Assembly (NCBI GenBank): GCA_963754315.1 | Contig: CAVWFS010000018.1 | Location: 224,001-288,000, forward strand | Length of the DNA stretch: 64,000 bases | Source of the DNA: an uncultured Candidatus Rokubacteria bacterium | GTDB lineage: Bacteria > Methylomirabilota > Methylomirabilia > Rokubacteriales > CSP1-6 | Reading direction: 5' to 3' | Shown here: positions 42,513 through 52,727 of the stretch, one piece after another | How positions within the stretch are numbered: the stretch's first letter is position 1 | Layout: every line of letters begins with the position of its first letter | Program-made: the position numbers and the translations under genes | Notes under the pieces: generated by a model | What the model saw: only the letters and a program-made list of their open reading frames with translations | Databases searched by the model: none | Told to the model about the DNA's origin: nothing

Positions 42513-43785
42513 TCAGGCTAGAGATCGGCTCAACGCTCCGCGGCCTGGGGCGACCCTCCGCGGGCGTTCGCCTCCAGAGGCGCCGTTCGCGCCGCCGTCG
42601 CCGCGACACGGGGGCGCGTCGCGAGGACGCTGAGCCAGTAGAGGTGAGAACCAAGTGCGGCGAAGAGGACGAGGTGCGGGAGAGCTGCTGGCGCCAGTGC
42701 GATCGTCAGCACGTAGAGGAGCAGGAGCACGTAGAAGCCGTCGCGGGTCCCCAGCGCGCCCAACGGTCCGAGCGAGACCGTGGGCAACCTTCGGCCGCGG
42801 CAGGGTCTTCGACACGAGGGCGCTCGCGATGAAACCGATCGCCGCGAGACCCCCGTAGAGCAACCCGGTGCCCTCCAGCCGTTGCGCGGCCAACCCCAGA
42901 GCCACGGCTCCGCTGGCATGCACCAACGTGTCGCCCAAGGTATCGAGCCAGGCGCCCAGTCGGGACTCGGCAAAGGTCAGGCGAGCCACCTCACCATCAG
43001 AGTGATCGAGGACGACCGAGAGGAGATAAAGCGCGAGGCCCAGGAGCGCCCCGCCCACGCTCGCCCGCGCCCAGCACCAGGCGCCGACGAGACCGATGAT
43101 GACGCTCAGCACGCTGATCGTGTTCGGCGTCACGCCGAGCGCTACCAAGCCCCGCGTGAGCACCCGGGATAGTCGACGATGCACGACGGTGTCGAGCCGG
43201 GAATCGATGGCGGATCCCAGATCAGACAGGAGCCGCCGTTCCGCGTTGCGGCGTGTCTGCTCCGTGGTAGCACGCACGCTCCACGACCCTCGCACGACGC
43301 GGCGCCGGGGCGGCGGCGAGCATGCTTCGCAGGGCGGCGCCGACCGGAGCGCCCGAGGTCAAGCGGTCGGCGAGTGGCTGGCACAGGGGGCGGGACACGA
43401 GGGCAACGGGCGCTTCGTCCTCAGACGGGGACAGAACGGTGACGGGCTGCGCTTGGAGCAGCTCGCGCAGGCTCGGAGCGGGCAGGATCGACGTCGCCGG
43501 AATCAAGAGAATGGTCGTCCCGCCCGCAAGCCACTGAGACCCATTCAGCCACACGACCGCCTCGCGCGGACGCGGGTGGGCGGCGATGGCGCGCTCGACC
43601 TCCGTTCCGCGGAACACCGACGGCACCGCCACCGACGTGCATCCGGCCCGCAGGGCGGTCATGAGCGCACGGTAGGCAACAGGGCGGCTGGCTAGGCTCG
43701 CGCACCCTGCCTCGAAGTCCTCGTGGGCAGGGAGGTAGAGTAGGCCCTGGACACCGTGGTGGTCTTCGCGGTTGGGGCCGCTCAT
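42513..43785 (-). CDS. CDP-alcohol phosphatidyltransferase with N-terminal extension (frameshifted near 43300 and 42760)
   Basis: TPNTIS and signature DHSDGEVAR...GAWLDTLGD; ATGA overlap with the nucleotidyltransferase. Confidence 0.82.
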
Positions 43786-44540
43786 CCGTCCTCGAGCCGG
43801 GCGATTTCGGGAAAGACCTCCACCTGAGCGCGCCGCAAGTCCTCGGCGAAATCCACTTCCGTCCACGGCAAGCCGCTCACGTCCACCGCCTGGACTGGCC
43901 GTCGGCTCACGAGGAGGTGCAGGGCATCTTCGTACTCACACATCCCGTCGCTCTCGTCGATCACCCCTTCGAGCAGGGCCACGAGCTCGCGACCGGCCTC
44001 GGCTCCGCACTTGAAGAAGCCAATACCTTCCCCGACGCCATCCCAGGACTCCGGTACCACCTTTTTGCCCAGGGCGATGACATGCTGGCCCCGGCTGTAG
44101 ATCTTCACTTCTTCGCCGGTGTCGGCGAACTCCCGATCCACTAGGAGCGCATTGGGAGCGGTCGATCCAACCAACCGGCGGAGAAACTCCCGCGGGAACA
44201 CGACGTCGGCGTCCATGATGAGCGTGGGCTCGGCGCCAATCAGGTCACGCACGGAAAAGAGGGACAGCGCCGACCCTTTCTGGTACTCGGGGTTGTGACG
44301 GCACTTCACCACCACGCCCGGCGGCGTCGCTTTCGCCAAGGTCTCCACTTGATCGGCGCAGTGGCCCACCACGATGACGATATGTCGCACGCCGACGGCG
44401 GCCAGCGCGTCGATCATTCGCGCGAGGATCGGCCGGCCCCCGACCAGGAGGAGCGACTTCTGGGTATGGTCGGTGAGGGGCGCTAACCGGCGCGCCACGC
44501 CGGCCGCCAGAATGACTGCCGTCACTTCACCGCGGCGCAT
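43782..44540 (-). CDS. Nucleotidyltransferase (phosphocholine/inositol-phosphate cytidylyltransferase-like)
   Basis: VILAAGVARRL, QKSLL, MDAD, WTEVDFAEDL. Confidence 0.88.
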   Translation of the reverse strand: MRRGEVTAVILAAGVARRLAPLTDHTQKSLLLVGGRPILARMIDALAAVGVRHIVIVVGHCADQVETLAKATPPGVVVKCRHNPEYQKGSALSLFSVRDLIGAEPTLIMDADVVFPREFLRRLVGSTAPNALLVDREFADTGEEVKIYSRGQHVIALGKKVVPESWDGVGEGIGFFKCGAEAGRELVALLEGVIDESDGMCEYEDALHLLVSRRPVQAVDVSGLPWTEVDFAEDLRRAQVEVFPEIARLEDG

Positions 44541-44630
44541 GACGCCGGCCCGCCAGCGATTGGACAAGCGTGCACACGGCGCGGGTCCGGCCTGCACGCG
44601 CGGTCGTCTGCTGGTGGCTCACACATGATG

Positions 44631-47372
44631 TCAGGGTCTCGATTCCGACTCACGTAAGGGTCGCACCGGAGGACCCGAGTGTCCATAGGATCGTGAGAGA
44701 AAGAGCTGGAGCAGAACGGGAAGCACCACCAGCGATGCGACCAGGCTGGCGCTGGCCCCGAGGGCCAGCAACAGGCCAAGACCGAACATGCCCTGATGTT
44801 TGGCCACCATGAGGCTTCCGAAGCCGGCGATGGTCGTGAGCCCGTTCAGCATCACCCCCATCACTGCGCTGCGGGCCAGCAAGGGGCCGCCCGTCTCGCG
44901 CCCCTCCATGAACCGGACGTATACGTTGAGCCCGAACTCGGCGGCTGTTCCAATGATCAGCGGGACCGCCCACACGTTGGCCATGGTAAACGGCAGGCCC
45001 AGCCCGTCCATCGCCCCTAAGGTCCACAGCACACCGAGCGCGACCGGTATGAGAGCGAGCATTGCCCCGAAGACTGTCCTCAGGATGGCCACGGTCACGA
45101 GGCTGACGAGGCCGAGCGCATAGATCGTGCCCTCCAGATAGCCCCGCCGGATGAGACCGATCGCCTCGAAGCTCGTCACCGGGGGACCGGCTACGGCGGG
45201 ATCGACGGAGCGCAGATCGGTGACGAAACGCTCGGCCCCCGCTCGTTCCCAAATGTCGACGGCAGGTCTGATGCGCAGGAGATAGCGACCACTGGCGCCT
45301 ACATACCGCTGGCGTAGCTCCGGCGGTACCTCGCCAAGGGCAACCGGGCGCGGCCGGAGGTTGTTCTGAAAGTTGCGGAGCTTATCAGCGAAGTCACGCG
45401 CAAGGTCAGACTGGAGTCGGTCGAGCGCGACGGTCGCCGTCGACACTGGCACCCCGTCCAGCTGGCCCAGCACCGCGTCCACGTCACCCAGCACCGCACG
45501 TAACTGACCCTCCCCCTTCGTTCCGTCGGATGCCTCCAGGGCGAGCTTGAGGCGTCGTCGGAGGGTTTCGAGGGCGGCCCGGATCGCCTTCAGGTCTACC
45601 GGCCCCGGCTGCGCAGCCATGGTGACCGGTTCCAGCAGGGGGGCCAGCTCTCCGATCATGGCCGCCTTCTCCACCTGCCGATCGGGGTAGAGCATCAGCA
45701 CGCTCTCGACCTTGGCCACGCTCGGCAGTCGACCGAAGGCCTCCTGCTTGCGCTGGAGCTCCTCCAGGTTGCCCGCGGAGGCCAGGGCGGCCATGCCGGA
45801 ACGTCCCGCCACGGCCAGGATGCGTTCCTCCCACTCGACCGACTCGACGCCCCGCGCCTGGAGCTTCAACAGGTTGTAGCTGAAGCCCACCCCGGTCGCA
45901 GCCCACAGCGCGAGCCCGCTGAATCCCACAGCGAGCGCGAGGATCGTCTTGCGGTATCCCACGATCCGCTCGAGCCAGCGCGTCTCGCGAAGGGCGTCGG
46001 CGGATCGATCGGCTGGCGCGGCGCGCCCCCCGTCCACCATGGTGATCAAGGCGGGCAGCAACGTGATCATGGACAGAAAGGCCATCAGGATGGCCGTGCC
46101 GGACACGAAGCCGAACTCGCGGATGCCGGTGAAGTCCGTGAGGATGAGGACGAAAAAGGCGCCCGCCGCGGTAAGCGCACCGAGGAGCATGCCGGGCCCG
46201 GTGCGCTCGGCCGTCCGCTCGAGCGCCCGGGGCACGGTGGCGCCAAGGGCCCGCTCTTCTTCGTAGCGGAACAGGAGGTAGATGCCGTAATCAATCCCGA
46301 TTCCCACCACGATGGAGATGAACATCACCGAAAAGATGCTCAAGTGCCCCACGCCGAGCGTGATCAAACCCATGGCCCAGGCGAGGCTCACCGCCAAGGT
46401 TCCCAGCATGAGCAGAGGTTTCGCGAAGCGGCGGAATGCGATCAGCAGGATCGCGAGGACGCTGGCGAAGGCGAGCACGGTCGCCACTTTGCTGTCGTCG
46501 AACGCCGCCGTCATCTCATCGTGGGATAGCGCCGGCCCTCCCGTCACGCCCGCCTGCACCTCGGGAAACTCGGTCCGCAGCCGTGCGATGGCGGCGCGAA
46601 TGCCCTCGATGCGCTCGCGGTTTTCCCTGAAGTTGCCCTCCTGACGACGCGCCTCGACAAACAGGAAGAGCAGGCGCCGGTCCGACGAGAAGAAGTAACC
46701 GGCGTCGGATGCATCGAGACGTCCCAGCGCAAACGCCAGGGCCCAAGGAGAGTCGTAGCGGGACGCCCCATCCAGTTGGCTCCGCATCTGGCGAAGGAGG
46801 GCCGAAAGGAAGCGCAAGTCGGCAGCGTCCTTCTGGTCTAGGCCGAGATCGATGAAGCCGAGGGCCATGGCGTTGGCCATTTGCACGTTGAGCCCGTCGA
46901 GGAGTCGCGTCAGGGTGGGTCGAGCCGCGTAACGCTCGAGGAATTCCTCGTAGTCGTGGAGGCGCTCGCGGAGTTTGCTGAGCTCACCCGGCGATAGGTA
47001 CAGCAGCGCTCGTCCCTCGAAATAACTCGGGTCGATACGGTACATGACCCGCCCGTCCACCCCACCCGTCTGGAGCAGGCTGGCCAGGCGGTCGGCAAAC
47101 CGCGTCGCCTCACCCGGGGTCGGTGCCTGGACGGCGACCACGATGTCGTTCATTTCTCCGAAGTCGCGCTGGTACTCCCGGAGCGTCACGACATACGGCG
47201 CCTCCTGCGGCAGGAGGCGGTACGGGGAGGTTAGGAAGGTGAGAGTGTGGGCGGTGTAGGTGAGTCCCACGACAGCCAGCGCCAGTGACGCCAGCACGGT
47301 CAATCGTGGCCGTCTCACCGAGAGGCGAATGACCGCCGCCATCGCGCGCCCGATTCCCGGTCGCACAATCAT
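44631..47372 (-). CDS. MMPL/RND lipid transporter (HpnN-like)
   Basis: 913 aa; GVTGGPAL, GIGIDYGIYL, LGALTAAGAF, GLTTIAGFGSLMVAKHQGMFGLG; two TM bundles with large periplasmic loops. Confidence 0.9.
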   Translation of the reverse strand: MIVRPGIGRAMAAVIRLSVRRPRLTVLASLALAVVGLTYTAHTLTFLTSPYRLLPQEAPYVVTLREYQRDFGEMNDIVVAVQAPTPGEATRFADRLASLLQTGGVDGRVMYRIDPSYFEGRALLYLSPGELSKLRERLHDYEEFLERYAARPTLTRLLDGLNVQMANAMALGFIDLGLDQKDAADLRFLSALLRQMRSQLDGASRYDSPWALAFALGRLDASDAGYFFSSDRRLLFLFVEARRQEGNFRENRERIEGIRAAIARLRTEFPEVQAGVTGGPALSHDEMTAAFDDSKVATVLAFASVLAILLIAFRRFAKPLLMLGTLAVSLAWAMGLITLGVGHLSIFSVMFISIVVGIGIDYGIYLLFRYEEERALGATVPRALERTAERTGPGMLLGALTAAGAFFVLILTDFTGIREFGFVSGTAILMAFLSMITLLPALITMVDGGRAAPADRSADALRETRWLERIVGYRKTILALAVGFSGLALWAATGVGFSYNLLKLQARGVESVEWEERILAVAGRSGMAALASAGNLEELQRKQEAFGRLPSVAKVESVLMLYPDRQVEKAAMIGELAPLLEPVTMAAQPGPVDLKAIRAALETLRRRLKLALEASDGTKGEGQLRAVLGDVDAVLGQLDGVPVSTATVALDRLQSDLARDFADKLRNFQNNLRPRPVALGEVPPELRQRYVGASGRYLLRIRPAVDIWERAGAERFVTDLRSVDPAVAGPPVTSFEAIGLIRRGYLEGTIYALGLVSLVTVAILRTVFGAMLALIPVALGVLWTLGAMDGLGLPFTMANVWAVPLIIGTAAEFGLNVYVRFMEGRETGGPLLARSAVMGVMLNGLTTIAGFGSLMVAKHQGMFGLGLLLALGASASLVASLVVLPVLLQLFLSRSYGHSGPPVRPLRESESRP

Positions 47373-47570
47373 GGCAAGGCGAGACGCGTGGGTCGGGACA
47401 TACTGGTAACCCCGTTACTCGCTGGATTTTTCACGGAATGCCTGGCATTCTGGCCGGCGGACCCGTTAAGACTAGCACGATGCCTCGTGGTCCGCCTGAG
47501 ACTTTGGTCGTATGGTCGTTCCCCACACCTGGCACACTGAGAGTTACGGGACAAGGAGGATCCGAGACCC

Positions 47571-48824
47571 ATGACCGCGATATCGACCGCGCTCGGTGCC
47601 GCCGTTCGAACGGCGAATGCGCTGGGCGCGCTGCTGAATCGCAGTGGTCTACCACTCATCTCACTCGCTGAGCAGGACCTGCTGGCCGCCGCCCGACGTC
47701 GCACGCGACTGGAGGACTTCGGCGAAGAGGATTTTCGCGAGCCGTTCCGGATTGTGCTCCAGGGCTTGGAAGACGAGGCTCGCCTCACTCTCATCGGGCG
47801 CATCGTCGCCCGGGAGGACATTGTCGGCCTCCTCACCAATCGTCTCCGGCTGCAGGAGGACGGCAAGCTCCAGCCGGAAATCGGCGTGGAGCAGGTGAGA
47901 CAGCCGCTCTTCATCGTGGGGATGCCGCGCACGGGCAGTACACTGCTCCACCACCTCCTGGCCCAGGATCCCGCGAGTCGGGTGGCCCAGGCCTGGGAAG
48001 TGTTGTCGCCATCGCCCCCGCCCGAGAAGGCGACCTATGGGACCGATCCCAGAATCGCCAGCGCCGCCCGCAGGCTTGGTTGGTTCGACGCTCTCGCCCC
48101 CGAATTCAAGGCGATCCATCCTCTGGGGTCGCAGCTGGCCCTGGAGTGCATCGCCATCATGAGCCCGTCCTTTCGCTCCTCACGCTTTCATACCAGCTAT
48201 CGAGTTCCCACCTACCAGAGCTGGCTCGAGGAGCAAGATCTCGGTCCCGCGTACCGCTTCCACCGACGTGTGCTTCAGCAGCTTCAGTGGCGGGGTCCGG
48301 CCAGGCGGTGGGTTCTGAAGGCCCCCTCTCATCTCTTCGCCTTCGACGCGCTATTGCAGACGTATCCCGATGCGCGGATCGTCCAGACACACCGGGACCC
48401 CTTGACGGCGTTGGCCTCGGTGGCCAGCCTGACCGCAATCTTGCAGAGGGCGTTCAGCCACCAGCTCGACCTGGCCGAGATCGGACGCGAAGTCACTGAC
48501 CGCTGGACGAACGGCCTCGAGCGGGCCATGCAGTTTCGGCAGAGTGGCTCGATGGCGGCCGACCGCTTCGTCGACATCCACTATCACGATCTGATTCGGG
48601 ACCCCATGGCCGCCGTGCGTCGCATCTATTCGAGCTTCGAGATGGCGTTGACGGAAGCGGCCGAGACACGCATGCGCCAATTCCTCGAACAGAATCCCAA
48701 AGACAAGCACGGCGCTCATCGATATACCTTGAGTTCGTTTGGACTTGAGTACGATGACCTGATCCGTCGCTTCAAGGCCTACCGTGAGCACTTCGGCGTG
48801 CCGCCGGAGGCCGCGCCGGCCTAA
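47571..48824 (+). CDS. PAPS-dependent sulfotransferase (Sulfotransfer_3, Stf3-like)
   Basis: PLFIVGMPRTGSTLLH (5'-PSB), WVLKAPSHL, THRDP...AS (3'-PB); AAGGAGG RBS. Confidence 0.92.
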   Translation: MTAISTALGAAVRTANALGALLNRSGLPLISLAEQDLLAAARRRTRLEDFGEEDFREPFRIVLQGLEDEARLTLIGRIVAREDIVGLLTNRLRLQEDGKLQPEIGVEQVRQPLFIVGMPRTGSTLLHHLLAQDPASRVAQAWEVLSPSPPPEKATYGTDPRIASAARRLGWFDALAPEFKAIHPLGSQLALECIAIMSPSFRSSRFHTSYRVPTYQSWLEEQDLGPAYRFHRRVLQQLQWRGPARRWVLKAPSHLFAFDALLQTYPDARIVQTHRDPLTALASVASLTAILQRAFSHQLDLAEIGREVTDRWTNGLERAMQFRQSGSMAADRFVDIHYHDLIRDPMAAVRRIYSSFEMALTEAAETRMRQFLEQNPKDKHGAHRYTLSSFGLEYDDLIRRFKAYREHFGVPPEAAPA

Positions 48825-48859
48825 GCATACGGCGGCCAGGACGGTCGAGCCCGGCTAGC

Positions 48860-50575
48860 TTAGCTCACGAGACCCAGACCCTCGAGGTAGCGCAGCACGA
48901 GCCGCGCGTTCTGATCGGCGCTCGATTCGATTGTGTCGAGCGTAATCTCCGGGTTGTCCGGGCTCTCGTAGGGATCGTCGATCCCGGTGAATCCCCGGAT
49001 CTCGCCGCGTCGGGCTTTGGCATAGACTCCCTTGCTGTCGCGCCGCTCGCACACGTCGAGCGGTGTGTCCACGAAGACCTCCACGAAGTGCTCGGCCCCC
49101 ACCATGTGGCGGACCTCATCGCGTGTCGCTCGGTAGGGGCTCACCGCCGCGCAGAGCGCCACCCCGCCGTGGCGGACGATCTCGGCGGCGACGAACCCGA
49201 TGCGCCGGATGTTGGTGTCGCGGTCCTCCTTGCTGAAACCGAGGCCCTTGGACAGGTGGGTGCGTACCACGTCGCCGTCGAGGAGGGTGATCTGGCGGCC
49301 GCGCTCGAGCAGGAGCACGGTGAGGATCTCGGCCGTCGTGGACTTGCCGGCACCGCTCAGACCGGTGAACCATACGCACACGCCCTGGCGATGCCGCGGT
49401 GGGTAGGTATCCATGAGGATCTGGGCGACCTCGGGCCGGGTGAACCAGCCGGGGAGCTTCTGGCCGGCGTTGAGGAACTCCTCACGCACCTGGGTGCCCG
49501 AGATGGATGCCGTGCGCGCCGAGCGAGGGACGCGCGACACCTCCTCGTACCGATCCTCGTCGGGCAGATACATCATCTCGCTGAACGGGAGCATGCCGAT
49601 CCCGAGCTCCTCCTTGAAGCGCGCCACCAGCTCCTGAGCCTCGTAGGGTCCGTAGAAGGGTTTGCCAGCCGAGTCCAGGCCGGGACTGGCATGATCGCGG
49701 CCCACGATGAAGTGACTGGCCCCGTAGTTGCGACGGATCAGCGCGTGCCACACCGCCTCTCGTGGGCCCGCCATGCGCATGGCAAGGGGCAGCAGGGCGA
49801 GCAGGACGCGCCCGTGCTCGTAGTAGCGCTCGACGAGGACCTTGTAGGTGCGCACTCGCGTGTAGTAGTCCACGTCACCCGGCTTGGTCATCCCCACCAC
49901 CGGATGCAGCAGGAGCGTACCGTTGACGAGATCCGCGGCCCGCTTGGTCAACTCCTCGTGGGCTCGATGCAACGGGTTGCGAGTCTGGAACGCGACCACA
50001 TTGGCGGCGCCGAGGGCATTGAGACGCTCCCTGGTCTCGACCGGCGTCAGGCGCAGGTCGCGGAAGTCGTGGCGCGGCGGGAGCGCAAGAACGCGCAGGC
50101 TGCCGGAGAGCGCCACCTCACCCCAGCGGTGCATCTCGGCCACCAGGGGGTGGCGCATGTCGAGCGAGCCGAGCACTTGCTGGGCCGTGGCCGTACGATC
50201 CCACGGATACGCTTCCTCGATGGTCATGGTGCCCAGAAGCTCATTGCGGGCATCGCGCAGTGCGACCTCCGCGTCGAGCTGTATCTCGCGCGTGCGCTCC
50301 ACGGTCAGGGTGAGGGGAATGGGGAAAAGCTGACCACCAGCCAGGCGCATCTCCCCGACCACCCGCTCGAAATCGGCGCGGCCCATGAAGCGATCGAGCG
50401 GCGAGAATCCGCCGGTGGCCAGTAGCTCGAGATCATACAGGGCTCGCTCCGAGAGCTGCAGCGAGGGCAGCCGGTTGGCCCGAGCGCGTAGATCGGCCTG
50501 GGCCTCGGCCGGAACGATCAAATCAACGAGGGCGCCCCCTGCCGGCTCAATCAATCGGGTTCTCGACGTCGTCAC
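48860..50575 (-). CDS. sat: Bifunctional sulfate adenylyltransferase / adenylylsulfate kinase (Sat-CysC)
   Basis: QTRNPLHRAH, GRDHA, ISGT; C-terminal WFTGLSGAGKST, LDGDVVR, FTGIDDPYE. Confidence 0.95.
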   Translation of the reverse strand: MTTSRTRLIEPAGGALVDLIVPAEAQADLRARANRLPSLQLSERALYDLELLATGGFSPLDRFMGRADFERVVGEMRLAGGQLFPIPLTLTVERTREIQLDAEVALRDARNELLGTMTIEEAYPWDRTATAQQVLGSLDMRHPLVAEMHRWGEVALSGSLRVLALPPRHDFRDLRLTPVETRERLNALGAANVVAFQTRNPLHRAHEELTKRAADLVNGTLLLHPVVGMTKPGDVDYYTRVRTYKVLVERYYEHGRVLLALLPLAMRMAGPREAVWHALIRRNYGASHFIVGRDHASPGLDSAGKPFYGPYEAQELVARFKEELGIGMLPFSEMMYLPDEDRYEEVSRVPRSARTASISGTQVREEFLNAGQKLPGWFTRPEVAQILMDTYPPRHRQGVCVWFTGLSGAGKSTTAEILTVLLLERGRQITLLDGDVVRTHLSKGLGFSKEDRDTNIRRIGFVAAEIVRHGGVALCAAVSPYRATRDEVRHMVGAEHFVEVFVDTPLDVCERRDSKGVYAKARRGEIRGFTGIDDPYESPDNPEITLDTIESSADQNARLVLRYLEGLGLVS

Positions 50576-50607
50576 TGAATTCTCCTGATCAGATGGGGTT
50601 GACGGCC

Positions 50608-51378
50608 TCAGCGTGGGTGCCGGGGCGACTGGCGTCGACGTCCGAAAACGGTGCCCACTCCGAAGTAGGCAATGGCGTCCTTCATGTTCGAGACGAAGCG
50701 CCGCCCGGGATGCATCGACGGATCGGTCACGTACTGCATGGTCAGGCTCACCCGCTCCTCGCCGGGCCCAAGCGGCGTGACCGCGTGCCACAGGGCATCA
50801 CCGTTGAACAGAACTAGTGTGCCCGGCTCGGTGGCGAGACTCAGCTCCACGGGCTCACGGTCCGGCGCGCGGCGATGAAGCTGACAGACCAGGCGGCTCG
50901 AGGAGCGTTCGATAAGGCCGAGGAGCACGGTGTAGCGCGCTCCCCGATAGTACGACGTGTCATAGTGAAAGCCGATGTGGTCGCCCGGCTCCGTGTAGAA
51001 ATAAAGAGCGCACGCGTGGGGATCGCTCTCCGGGCAGGGCTCGAGCCGCTGGTCCGTCACTGCTTGCAGCCAGTCGATAAAGGCGGGCGCGTGATAGAGG
51101 GCGAGGGTGGCCGGGGCCAACTCGCCGAGCGTCCACGCGCTGACGCTCCCGCCCTTCTTGTGCCCTGGGATGTAGTTTCTATGGACACGGGGTCGGACTC
51201 GCTCGACCTCGGTCAGGAGCGGCGCGATCACCAGCGGCGGGAAGCACGCCTCGAGGTACACGAACTCACCCTGCCGACGGTACCTCGCTCGCACGTCTTC
51301 CCGGTCTTGCCGGGCAAGAGCGTGACCAATATCGTCGGCAGAGGCATGCGGCGGCGCAACACTGGGCACCTCGGGCAT
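50608..51378 (-). CDS. 2OG-Fe(II) oxygenase
   Basis: GDHIGFHYD (HxD), WHAVTPL, R-VSL; AGGAG RBS. Confidence 0.85.
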   Translation of the reverse strand: MPEVPSVAPPHASADDIGHALARQDREDVRARYRRQGEFVYLEACFPPLVIAPLLTEVERVRPRVHRNYIPGHKKGGSVSAWTLGELAPATLALYHAPAFIDWLQAVTDQRLEPCPESDPHACALYFYTEPGDHIGFHYDTSYYRGARYTVLLGLIERSSSRLVCQLHRRAPDREPVELSLATEPGTLVLFNGDALWHAVTPLGPGEERVSLTMQYVTDPSMHPGRRFVSNMKDAIAYFGVGTVFGRRRQSPRHPR

Positions 51379-51590
51379 GGCAAACTCCTGAGTAGACGGG
51401 GCGGGGCGAGGACCCGTCAACACGTCGTGAACGCTCCCGATATGGTACCGCATCGAGGCCGAATCGCTGTGTTCTGCGTGAGGGACTTCTAGCGGATGCG
51501 TGGACGTTGAGCTAGCATCGCGGCAATGCGTTCTGAGCACGCCGCTCCTGGCGCGAGCGGACACGACCATCCAGTGACCAGCCGGCGGCG

Positions 51591-52589
51591 GTGTTGACAC
51601 CAGTGAAGACGCGCAAGGTCGTGCGGACGCTCGTCGTGGCGCTGCTGCTGGCGGTGGCGATCGCGCCCCATGCCCTGCCTGCGGCCAAGGTTTATCGCAT
51701 CGGCTTCCTGGGCACGACGTCCCCTAAGACACATGGGGCCTTCATGGATTCCTTCCGCGAAGGGCTGCGCGAGCGAGGCTACATCGAAGGCAAGAACGTC
51801 ACCATCGAGTACCGCTGGGCCGAGAGCGACTATAGCCGGCTCCCGGCCCTGGCCGCGGAGCTCGTCCAACTCAACGTCGACCTCATCCTCACCCACGGTA
51901 CGCCGGGTGCCCGGGCGGCGAAGGAAGCGTCCACGACTATTCCCATAGTCGTGGCCATCGCAGGCGACGCCGTCGCGACCGGGCTTGTGTCGAGCCTGGC
52001 GCGGCCCGGGGGTAACCTCACGGGGTCGACCTTCTTCTTCCCGGAGCTGAATGCCAAGCGTCTCGAGATGCTGAAAGAGGCGCTTCCGAGCCTCAAGCGG
52101 GTGGCGGTGCTCCTGAACGACGACAACCGCGGCAATGTCGTCACGTTTGACGCGATGACGAAGACGGCACGCTCCGTCAACGTGGAGGTCGTGCAGGTGG
52201 CCACCCGGAACCCGGACGACTTCGAGCGCGCGTTCGCCCAGATCGCGCGCTCGGGCGCTCAAGCGGTCGTGGTATACGAGGACGCGCTCTTCCTTGCCCA
52301 GGCCGCGCGTCTGGCGGCTCTGGCGGAACGGCATCGGCTCCCCAGCATCGGATTCCGGGAGTACGCGGACGTGGGCGGCCTCCTCGGGTTCGGTGTCGAC
52401 TTCCCGGCTGTGTGGCGCCGTGCCGCTGGTTTCGCGGACCGGATCTTCAAGGGTGCTCGCCCGGGAGATGTCCCCATGCAGCAGCCGGAAAAATTCGACA
52501 CGGTCGTCAACCTCCGGACCGCCAAAGTTCTCCGGCTCACGATTCCCCCAAGGGTCTTGCAACGTGCCGACAGGGTGATCCAACCGTGA
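51591..52589 (+). CDS. ABC transporter substrate-binding protein (ABC_sub_bind type)
   Basis: RIGFL, GLRERGYIEGKNVTIEYRWA, SLARPGGNLTG, GARPGDVPMQQP, NLRTAK. Confidence 0.88.
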   Translation: MLTPVKTRKVVRTLVVALLLAVAIAPHALPAAKVYRIGFLGTTSPKTHGAFMDSFREGLRERGYIEGKNVTIEYRWAESDYSRLPALAAELVQLNVDLILTHGTPGARAAKEASTTIPIVVAIAGDAVATGLVSSLARPGGNLTGSTFFFPELNAKRLEMLKEALPSLKRVAVLLNDDNRGNVVTFDAMTKTARSVNVEVVQVATRNPDDFERAFAQIARSGAQAVVVYEDALFLAQAARLAALAERHRLPSIGFREYADVGGLLGFGVDFPAVWRRAAGFADRIFKGARPGDVPMQQPEKFDTVVNLRTAKVLRLTIPPRVLQRADRVIQP

Positions 52590-52727
52590 GGGCGGCCTGA
52601 CGTGTCGGCCCTTCGGTAGCGCATCATCGGCCGAGATTCTGCAAAGCGTTGCGAGCCACGGGGCGCCGCGGGGGAGCCCTCAGAGAAGCTCGATGCACGA
52701 CGAAACGCCGGGGTGTGGACTGCTCGA

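Noticed and set aside
50608..51378. BesD/HalD-type halogenase
   Set aside because: The iron-binding motif is HYD, retaining the carboxylate ligand; halogenases have Gly/Ala there
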